The translations under genes were made by a program, and so were the position numbers. The notes beneath the pieces were generated by a model. The model saw nothing but the letters and a program-made list of their open reading frames with translations. It had not been told where the DNA came from and made no database searches. Source: Fistulifera solaris (lineage: Eukaryota). Taken from it: a DNA stretch of 64,000 nt. The stretch's first letter is position 1; the number at the start of each line of letters is the position of its first letter. Positions 24,987-35,371 of this stretch are shown one piece after another. Location of the stretch: assembly GCA_030295235.1 (NCBI GenBank), contig AP026136.1, positions 682,001-746,000 on the forward strand. The letters are read 5' to 3'.

Positions 24987-25524
24987 ATGTCAGGACTGGA
25001 AGATCGCTGTGCGCAGTTCCACGATGCCGCAATAGGTTCGGGGGAAATCGAAAGGAGCCGCCAAGGAGATTGCCACGTTGCGCAAATTTTTGTATCGAAA
25101 CCAAACTCAACGGTTCAGTGACAAGGCCTCGGCGAGGCTCATTGATGCAATTGCCATATATGCGCATCACGAAGATGGTGAGGGATTATTAGATGATGCT
25201 TTGAAAATGCCTTTCACTGTCTTTTCGACAAAGCAAAAATCGAAAATGCTCAAATGGATCGAGGAACGAAAGAAACAAGATAGCAACGGTGATTATACAA
25301 CAGCAAGCAAGTCAAAGCTCATTTCGTTCTCTGTGATTGACGTGCAAGACAATAAAGCGAGTCTCATGAACGAAGAGACAGGTGAGAGCTACGAGGATGT
25401 GTTTCTTCCGGAAGGTGGGCTTGGTGACGCTATACAGAAAGCGTTTGCTGCTAGCGACGAGGCTTTAGATGTGCTCGCCACTCTCGTTGACGAAAGAATT
25501 ACGATCCACGACATCAAAAGATGA
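24987..25524 (+). CDS. Hypothetical protein with eIF5A-C-terminal-like domain
   Basis: MSGLEDRCAQF.. joins the 25078 ORF if one G is removed from a G5 run at ~25040. The C-terminus FSVIDVQDNKASLMNEETGESYEDVFLPEGGLGDAIQKAF resembles the eIF5A OB domain. Confidence 0.6.
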
Positions 25525-25687
25525 CACTGTTCTTTGAATCAAGTCAAGTTACGAACGCAATAATGCTACAGCAGTCACATTCACGTTACAAACCGAAAAT
25601 CCAGCGAAAAAAGTGGAAATTCGTCTTATTCGAGGAGTAATCACGGACTATGCACCGTCAGCACGTAGAGTCGTTGCGAGAATCGCT

Positions 25688-26145
25688 CTACTTATCAAAT
25701 CGCCCAGCATCCGAAAACCGAATTATCTCTTCAAGAAGCCGACTTTGCTCGTCGCGAACTTCTGTTAGTCGCGCGGCAAAGTCCACGGGCTCAACGCTCG
25801 CGAATTACGGTGAAGCGTCTGCGAAGGAATAACACAAGTGATGAGAATACACAAACAAACGCGAAGCATTTTTATCAGCACCGTCGTACCTGTCCAACAG
25901 CTGCTTGGTCGATGAAAAGCTGTGCATCTTCCGACGACTCTACATCCCTTCCACCGACGTTAATGATGACATCGCCCACTTCAAGACCTCCTCTTTCGTA
26001 CGGTGTGAAAGGGTAAACAGTTTTCACGATATACTCCGTGAATTTCGGGGGACACGAAAGTCTGTGTTTAGGTTTTGACATTATTCTGCGTCGTCCAAGC
26101 TGGTGAACATGTCACCACAGTTATGCCCAAATAACCGTGTTTTAC
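25688..26145 (-). pseudogene. Degenerate partial duplicate of the HtrA PDZ exon and terminal exon
   Basis: KHGYLGITVVTCSPAW, VYPFTPYERGGLEVGDVIINVGGRDVESSEDAQLFIDQAAVGQ|GT and VEPVDFAARL parallel the neighbouring gene. Several frameshifts, an internal deletion and no protease domain. Confidence 0.75.
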
Positions 26146-26335
26146 CACAGTCCAGTCCTGGTAGCCTATCCTTATAAGAATATGCGAAGTGAAGAATTAG
26201 AGTGTGCAGTACAAAAGCCACTCATACTACAAGAATCTATGCTTTACAAGTTTATTTGTCGATGAGCTGGCCCAGGTCATCTTGTTGAAGGCGCTGGAGT
26301 TCCCCCGATAAGAGCCAAAATGACGTCGTTCAGGA

Positions 26336-28285
26336 TCATTGAAAAAGTCGCTCCATGGAACGGAATGGCCCCAGCTCTTGGAAGCGTAAACGTTCTTGGA
26401 GCAAGCGCTGGTGGCGATCTGCACGACATTCTCGTAGTCGTGTTGCCAAGTCAACGGGTTGGACACTGATTTCAATTTGTTGCTTTTCGCGAATTACTGT
26501 GATCAACAGCGTCTGCAAACAAGTGGTATTCATGAGGGAGGAAGACAAATGCGTGAAGAATATATGCTACCCGTTAACTTACCTCGCCCACAGCTGCACG
26601 ATCAATGAAACGGCGTGCATCGTCCGAGGACAAAACGTCCTTCTCCCCGACTTTGATGATGACATCGCTTGCACGAAGTCCTCCTTTCTCCGCCGGTGTT
26701 CGAGGAAAAACTTTATGCACAAGAGCGCCATGCACTTCAGGAATGCGGAATTGTTCTGCTTCTAACTTGGCATTGTTTTGTCTCGCCCAATCCGGTGTAC
26801 ATGTAGCCAAAGATATTCCTAAGTAGCCATGCTGTACTTCACGGCCTTGCGCCAGCTCGTACATGATCTCTCGGACTCGATTAATGGGAATTGAAAAACT
26901 AGTCCCTTCCATGTGAGCTCGGATCGCGGCATTGATGCCAATAACATCACCTGTTTCTACGTCGACAAGTGGACCACCAGAATTACCCGGATTGATTGCT
27001 GCATCGGTCTGAATATAGTCTACTTTTTTATGAGGAATTCCGACAACCGCCGAGGAACGCTCCAACCCGGATACGATCCCCATTGTCACTGTGTTGTCCA
27101 AACCTCCTGGACTTCCCACCGCGACGACAATCTGACCAACATTCAACATGTCGCTGTTACCTAACTTCGCCATTGGAAGTTCTTCATTTTTATCTGCTGA
27201 GACTATTTGGAGTACGGCAATATCAACAATGGGATCGCTTCCTTTCACCACCGCTTCGTACACTCTTCCGTTTGTCAAGGTAACCGTCACTTTGTGAGCA
27301 TCATCAACGACATGAGCATTTGTTAAAATAAAACCGTCTTTTGAGAAAATAAGACCTGAGCCTTGACCTTGTTGAACTGGACCGTTGAATGCATCGTCAT
27401 CCTGCAAGAGATTAGTCTCCGTATCGATACGCACAACAGCAGGTCCAACCTTGCGAACTGCTTGTGTTACAAAATTCAAGGGTAGACGTTGTCCTTGAGC
27501 AGCTGGCAGATCATCGAATTGAGCGTTCTGGTCCGCGACGTTGTCTGATTCTGAACGGGAAGACGATCCAGGTTGTCCTGCACCAATCCTTAGAGGTAGT
27601 GTAGCGCTCTGCATAGGCGGCCTGGTCGGTTCTTTGCGGCTCTGCAAGTCGTCCACCACAAAGACATAAAGTGCTGCTGCCAAGGTACTGAGCTGAATGA
27701 TGCGAAAAATCGAAAGCCGTCGACGATTTCGCTTCTTTGCTGCCCTCTTGCTGCCATCAGGAATTGGTAGAACTGTTTCCGTCTCGCTTGCTATAATCTT
27801 CAATCCCTCGTCCTTATCTTCACTCTGTACCGGAAGATTCCGTGCGGGGAATTCCTCTATTGTATTGACAACTGGTACATCTCCCTCATTTTCTCTTTTG
27901 AAAAGATCCTTTGAAATAGCCGTCGTGGTTTCTTATGTGTTCCGCTTTTTGCATCGTAACCATCTGTTCGACTTGGTATTGTTTGTCGTCGAAGTTGTTC
28001 GTCATTTAGGTCATCACCTAGGGTTGCATTGAGTATTATTGCGTCCACGACAGAAGACGAACTATTGAAATCAGTTAGACTGCGATTGACGATGTCGCTG
28101 AAATCATCACCACCTGGTCCATTACGGTCCTTGGAATTTCTCACAATCGATTTTGGGTTGAGCCGTCGCGACTTAATAAATTGTGAAGGTGCTTTTTTGA
28201 CGATGGGTGCACTCCATCCCTCTATAACTATAAGTCCCACCACATTGAAGTAGATAGAGAGAATAGCAAACAAAGTCGTGGACAT
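26336..28285 (-). CDS. HtrA/Deg serine protease with one PDZ domain
   Basis: GQGSG, ILTNAHVV, DIAVL, IQTDAAINPGNSGGPL and PDZ GYLGI..TPAEKGGL. Intron ~26582-26515. The N-terminal ORF (MSTTLFAIL..) joins through a frameshift near 27880. Confidence 0.88.
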
Positions 28286-29975
28286 ATTTTGATTAGTAAA
28301 GGAGTCAGTATTTTTATCATCGCTACTACCGATCGATCGAATCAATGATGAAAAAAAACACAGCGGACGGAAAGAGCAAAAAGCGAGCTCAAAACAGATA
28401 TCGTCTGTCATTAGGCCGGTGTATCCGGAAGGCTATGGAGAAAATAGAATGAATTTATTACCTGTAAGACACAGTGGAGACTGGGCCAAGCAGGACGACA
28501 ATTACCAGTAAGGTACCGGTACCGTACCTGGTAACACGTAAGAAAAGCTCGCAAGCCGCAAGATGCAAGCAAAGCTAACGGGACGGGTGAATGGGCCAAA
28601 GACCAAATAATGAGTAAGACCAATGAGATACGAGAAGACAATCGACAGAGGAAGGTGCGGGAAATTGTGTACTTTCACGTAGGCCCCTGTAGGGACATGT
28701 ACCAAGGAGAGGTGCATTCCCTGTCTCCCAGAGATTAAGATAGTCTATGGCACGCTAGAGGTTCACAAGCCGCAAGCTGAATGAATCATGATTCATCGCT
28801 TGACACGTGGGGCAGAGGGGCCACAAAAAGAAAGGCTACTTGTAAGCGTTAAGCGTCACGCCTTACGTCTTACGTGCAGTACAACAAGGAACAAGGAACA
28901 AGGAACAATGGACATCGGACAGCGGACAGCGCATGTTAACGGAAAGTTGTGGGTGCCAAGAACTGTTTTTCAGTTTTTCATCTTGAATCGCGGGAAGCTG
29001 GAAGAGCTAAAAGCTATAAAGACACCATCCTTTTCCTTGTAGAATTTATTTTCCGAGCAATGGTCAACGCGCGAAACTGCCAACTGCCAGGTAGTCACAA
29101 CATTACTGGTAGTCTGGTAGTAGCTTCGACCTCCACCTAATTCTAAGTAAGTTACGCATTGCTCTCTCTAGATTACCAGTATAGAAGAAAGGAGAGGTAA
29201 CAGGCGAGTCCCTAGCTTCTGTTTGCGTGCTAAGTAGAGATTTGTACAGTTAAGATGGAAATCGGAAATCAAAGAATCATCATCAATCATCACCAAAGAA
29301 AGAAAGAATAAAAGATGAAAGTAACAAGTAACAAGTAACACAAACTTTCAAAGAGCGATATTGCCAAGGACATGTAGTGTGTGATGTACTGGACACGGAG
29401 CTAAACTGGGTCTGTAGTCCGTACCCGATTTACTTGTTGCTTGGTACAGTTCAAACCAGATTCCACATAGAGCATACCACATACGGAAGCACAAAGAACC
29501 AAGAACATACTCTGGAGCAGATTACGGACTACAGAAGAGGACAATTCTTAAACTGTTTTCCTTTTCAACTTTCAACGTTCAACTTTCAACAATTCACAAC
29601 CACAACCCACAACCCACAGCCCAAAACCAAGACGAGAAACTATTATGTCATTTTGACAGTCCGTGACTGGCTGGATGCTGGACCAACCAGAGTTCATCAT
29701 GGTTATCATTGACTTTTGTACCATTTATAAGTTATAATGTACTCATGATCATGACCACAACATTTTACGTAGAATAAATTACGAAATCCAATGTATTTCC
29801 GACATCTGGATTTCGTCTGCCGTTGGTGATAGGTGATATGTGATATGTAATATTGCAAACTGCACACAAAGGACTGAGGACTGAGGACTAGGGGGTAACG
29901 TGTACCCGGTTTTTCGATTCCTGCTTACAAAATTTTTCATGAAGCAAAACATAACACCAAACAAAAAATCGAGCT

Positions 29976-31257
29976 TTGTCGTCCTCGTCGTCCACAATAA
30001 AGGACAAATGTGTTTCCATTGCGAAAATGACCATTATTGATGACGGTAAAATCAGTGACATGTCGGATACTCGTCTATCCATCATCCATGACTCATCGTC
30101 AGGGACTTTGAAAGTCATGGGTGCTTGCGAAATAACGACACCTGTACCTCATTCTACCATCTCATTGCACCAGCGCTCAAGCCAAGAAATGAAGAATGCG
30201 TCAAACAAGCGTAACGAGAAGAAAGACATGACAAAGAAGAAATTCAAAAAGATGAGGGTCGCCCGAAGAGGCCTCTCAGCGCATACAACGTCTTTTCCAG
30301 TTCGCTCGAGTCAAGCTTTTGAACGGAGAAGACTGCACTGAAGTTCGACAAGAAGATGTTGACGCCATGTGGTTAGCGACCGAACCATCATCCGTTGGGA
30401 AACGACCCCATCGTAAGTCGCACGGTAAGATCAGCTTTCGTGAAATGGCAAAAATGGTGGCAAGCAAATGGAACGCACTGGATGAAAAAACTCGATCGTT
30501 GTTTGAGCTTCGGGCGAAAGTTGATCGGGATCGATACATGCTCGAAATGGAAATCTGGAAACAAAAGGGGAGACGTCCTGTCAATCCTTATCAAGGAGTT
30601 GTAACCGTAACTCCTGAGAACCGAAAGCAACTCATTGACAGAGAGATCGCCTTCTATCAAGCTGTAAAATCAAGCCAAGGTTTATTACCAGGCCTCACTG
30701 ATCACCCAGCTTATCCGCAGCAACATGGAATGCCCTTGCACACCATGCCAGTCCCCTCCTTTTCTACGCCTGTTATGTGTCAGCCGCAACTCAATTGCTC
30801 AGCTTCTCATTTGCATCCAGTTCGCAAAGAGAATGTTAGCGCTTTCCATGTGCCTCAGAATATCCAAGTGAACAGCGCGAAGACGTCCACAATTCCTATG
30901 ACTATGAGTTATGCCACTGTAATGACGCCTGTTGTCCAGACAGGTCTTCCGGTAGGATGCTTCTATCAAAGTACTCCGTTCACCATCGTGCAGCCAGTTG
31001 TTCCAAACAACTGCGTGGCCTACACAAGTGCCAATGAAACGGCCTACCTCCACCAGCAGCAAGCAGCGGCATCGCAAGCTCCTGTTCAGAGCATGATGCC
31101 AGAACGACCATTAACGCACATCATGCCACCGAACGAGCTCGTTGGCTCGAATGACATTCTGAGCAGCAACAAAATCGGCGTCGACCACAATTTCTATAAC
31201 GAAGAGATTGGCGCGCTTTCGGATAACGACGACGACTTGTTTGAATCGTTCGAATGA
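29976..31257 (+). CDS. HMG-box transcription factor with P/Q-rich tail
   Basis: With two 1-nt homopolymer corrections (~30248, ~30295) it reads KKDEGRPKRPLSAYNVFFQ..HRKSHGKISFREMAKMVASKW..DRYMLEMEIWK. Start codon uncertain. Confidence 0.85.
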
Positions 31258-31539
31258 GTGTACATTATATCTTTCCCTTTTCAGCACATTGCTGAGTAGT
31301 GCTCAATAGCCACAGGCAACGATATTTTAACAGTTGAATGTTGAACAAGATCATGAGAAATTTATATAAGGACACCATTTGATATTATTACACGCCTGCA
31401 ACATAAATGCAATCCATCGCCTTCTCCGAGTACCCTCATACCACAGTGTTTCTCTTGAACTTTTCCAATAATGAATAATAGCATAATCACTTTTGTTGCT
31501 ATCCACGTTGTGACGATCGAGAAGATCGACTGGACTTGC

Positions 31540-32935
31540 TTAAAGAGCAGACAACATATCCTCGACCTTCTTGCCCTTGTTGTCAACGACTTCGAAAGAA
31601 AGGGGAAGGAAATAGTCGGACATGCCCGGGGAGTGTTGATCTGGACACCTCCCAAAACAGCAATCTTGCCATCCTTGACATTGCCGCATCCAACTTTAAC
31701 AATCTTGTCAATAAACTCTTTCTGAGCATCGTAGATTGCGTAAGGAAGTTCGACCATCTTTTCGGGGGCCTTATCGAGACGGGCGGCATGGGGAAGAAGC
31801 AAGCTTCCAACGAAGGACTGGCCAGCATCGAGAGGTTCCGTGGGAGGGGCCGCCTTCTCGGTGCTTCCAGAAAGAACTCCAGCAACATATCCCGAAGCCG
31901 CAACGGCAGAACCACAGCAAGCACCTCCGTTGGCACGGCCGACACGCTCCACCGTTCCAACGTTTCCTTTCGAGTCCACACCGACGTGAGGGGCGAAAAC
32001 AACAACGCAGTTTCCTCCATCAGGAATGTGCGACGCCATGGCACCAAAACCTGTTACGCCTGCCATCTACGGTTTGGGGAGTAATCGAAGCGGGTAAAGA
32101 AAAATTCGAGCAGATGGTGAGAATCTCATGGACGACAGACTACACGATAAGACAGTGCAGACCCAATTGAAACTTACCGGAAAGCCAGCCAAGCCTCCCA
32201 TGTTAAAGGTGGGACCAAAAACTTCCGCAAAGTCCTTTTCATTGACACGGCTGAGCTCGTCGACGCAGAACGAAGTGGCGATGAGAGTGTTGGAGGTGGT
32301 AAATCCGTGCTTCTTGAGCGAGCTAGCGACAGAGTTGACCAAATCTTTACTTTTCATGGCACCATTGAAGACACGGTCGATCTTCTTAGTAGTCTCGTTT
32401 TCCTTCTCTCCAGTGAGCTTGGTGGCGATGAGACCGATGCCGAAGGCACCGGCAGCAATACCGCCGATCTTTTTAATGTCCAAACTAGTTTGAACAACTT
32501 CCTTGGTGGCTTTGGCAGCCTTGGCGGCATTTGCGGCTTCAGGGATACCGGCTGTGGCAAGAGCGATGGTTCCGAAGGCGCCGGCAACTTTTCCCGCCGA
32601 CTGTCGCGACGAATCAAGCAAAATGAGAATCAATTTGGCATTTCTGGGTCCAACACAAAGCGACACAACGAGTATCGATCATTCATACCTTCAAGACTTT
32701 CTTCATCTTGGCTCGGCGTTCGCCATTAGCCATATCTAGCGAGACATCAGCGCGTCTACAGGAAATGAACTGACATGTGAGAAAGGCATCCAATGAACTA
32801 CGATCAAACTTGCGACAATGAGAAAGTAGTCTCTTTAATTCGAGAACAAAACACTTACCCGACAGCATGTTGCGTGGGAGCGAAAGCAGAGGAAGTAGCG
32901 GTGAGACCGATGAGAAGAACAGCAGAAAGCTTCAT
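31540..32935 (-). CDS. LCIB-like theta-type carbonic anhydrase, plastid (probably thylakoid lumen) targeted
   Basis: Exons 32935-32859, 32755-32689, 32600-32178, 32066-31540. N-terminus MKLSAVLLIGLTATSSAFAP; motifs TSFCVDE, GGLAGFP, GFGAMASHIP, APHVG, ACCGSA, LGGVQINT. One C missing at ~31628. Confidence 0.9.
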
Positions 32936-33509
32936 GGTTGTTTGTTGGCTATCATAAATGGTGAGGAACACAAAATAATAATAATATGCTCTTCACTTGT
33001 TGCAATGCAAAAGGTACGTAAAGTTGCGTGTCGTCGGATAACATTCGTCGTGGGCCAGCTATCTTTGTCGTCAGTATTGCTCCAAAAGTAGATTACCGGT
33101 TCTGATTTCGCTTGCTGTCCGCTTCGAAATGCAGCGTTGGCGGAGTGAAGGACGCCATCTGTATGAAATAAATAGTAGTGGGAGTAAGCCTGTTTTTGAC
33201 CTCGTAGCCGCTCGTGGCGAACAATACAAATTGAAATTTACATACGTCAGTCTATCAAGTCCAAAATCAATGGTTCTTTTTTCGGGCAGGCGACACATAA
33301 CACCCAACGGACAAGATCAAAAGTAGCCTTTAACCTTACTTGCTTTGAAACAAAATTCTCAGATGCATCCTGCTCCTTCCCAAGGGATTTGTGTCTTTTC
33401 ATGGGTAGAAAAATTTAAAGCAAATCCAATACTTGTCTTTAATGATGCCAGTATCAAATTTATTTGAGATATCGCTGTCCTTCTTTGTAGATTTGACTTC
33501 TGGCTAAAC

Positions 33510-34021
33510 GTTGCACGACTGTATTCAGTCTTGAATTGTTAATGGTCGGAACTAAAACTGTGTCTATTTGAACTCCGTACGTTTTGCCAATATGGTAAAC
33601 TTCATCTGATCGCTATCACGATGCAGTAACCATCAGTAGTAGCATCTATGCACGTCTTGGTGTTCCATGTCGATAATTCGTGTGAAACTACGTTTCGAAT
33701 CATTATAGAAAACCTAAGTATTGGTTTGACGCCGCAACGACATTTTATCAGTCATGAGTCATGTTTTAGTCAAGCCAGATTGCTGTGCAGCCTCCGTTAG
33801 TTTTTTGCAAATAAATAAGCAGCGAAGCTACCTTTGACGCTTTAGCTATTCTATTATTGGCTTCAGTAGCATTTTCAATGTCCGTCTTGGTGTTTCATGT
33901 CGATCATTCGCGTGAAATTACGTTTTTCCGAATCACTATCGAGCCAAGGGTTCGTTTTTCGCTAGCACGACTGCATTTCAGTCATGAGGCATGAATCATG
34001 ATTTTGCCGAGCTAGACTGCC
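33510..34021 (+). repeat. Dispersed repeat family, 2-3 tandem ~230-bp units
   Basis: 33634-33783 aligns by eye with 33864-34020. Core CACGACTGCATTTCAGTCATGA at 33966-33987. Confidence 0.8.
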
Positions 34022-34343
34022 CAAAATTTACTTGTACTAAGATCTTTATTTTTATTCCGAGCTTTCTATATTAGATTATAGTGAGCCATATTATTTCTTC
34101 ATCACGATGCACGATTCATGCCTTTCTTTTTAGAGATGGGCAAAAATAAGAGCCTTTAGTGAAAGCCGCGCGATTGAGACGCGCGCACGCTTCAATCGTT
34201 ATTTTTTCATCACCGCGAAAAAATTGCTTCCATCCGCTTTTTCACCTCATGCACCAAGCGAAGGAAAGACTTTTATCTTCTCGTTACAACAACAGAGACA
34301 TCATCCAATCTTTGGAATATATTTTCTTTGAATATCACATAAT

Positions 34344-35282
34344 ATGCATGAACCTTTAATTGGAGTTTTAGCCTTACAAGGCGCTTTCGAAGAACATCAA
34401 AAGTGCTTGGAGGCTGTTGGCTGTCGAACACGTCAGGTGAGTTCTTTCAAAAGGTTGTTCCACAAAATTTAAGTCAATGAAAACTGACTTGTTTTCTTTT
34501 GATCGCTATAGGTGCGCGTACCAGAGGATTTGAAGGACTTAGATGGGATTGTATTACCAGGGGGTGAGTCGACGGCCATGGGTTTGATCGGCACAGCCAC
34601 CAAGACCAGTGAGGGAGAAACAATGTGGGAGTGCCTGCAGAAATTTTCCAAAAACAAACCAACGTGGGGGACATGCGCTGGAATGATTTTGTTAGCCGAA
34701 AAATGCATCGGTACTTCAGCAGTCATCGAAGATGGGCAGTCGTTGATCGGTGGTGTCGATATTTGTGTGTGTCGTAATTATTTCGGATCGCAGATATCGT
34801 CCTTTGAAATGGCCACACCCCCTCCACCAGGGATAAGTGGTAGTCACGATTACCCTGGTGTGTTTATTCGAGCTCCAGCAATTTTGTCGGCTGGTCCGTC
34901 GGTGGAAGTATTGGGTACTGTTTCGGCAACTCCCTGTAGACACGCGGCGGTTACGCTTCAAGAGCTGGAGAAAAAGGTAATGGCGGGGGAGAACGTGGTA
35001 AAAATGAGCGTTGTGGACGCGTTGGAACGAAAGTCGTCACAAGAAGTGGATTATATTGTAGTGGTAAAGCCGTCTGCCGAAAATGCGGAAGAAAAGAAAG
35101 AATCGGATGAGACAAGACCTAGCATCGTTCTACCCGGTGCAGCGGACGGTACCAATGCCCGCGAAGTCATTTGCGCTGCACGGAAAGGACATTTGTTATG
35201 TACTGCCTTTCATCCTGAGCTTACGGAAGATAAGCGATGGCATGAGTATTTTGTGCAGATGGTCAAGCAAGCCACGTTGTGA
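34344..35282 (+). CDS. PDX2: Pyridoxal 5'-phosphate synthase glutaminase subunit
   Basis: IGVLALQGAFEEH | intron 34437-34511 | PGGEST, WGTCAGMI, RNYFGSQ, VFIRAP, AFHPEL. Confidence 0.95.
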
Positions 35283-35371
35283 CTCCGAAAATTGCGTTTG
35301 GTGCATATAACCTAAGTCTAACGTCTAAAATCTGTGTTCTACTTTTAAAATTTATTATTTTGCAGAAAAAT

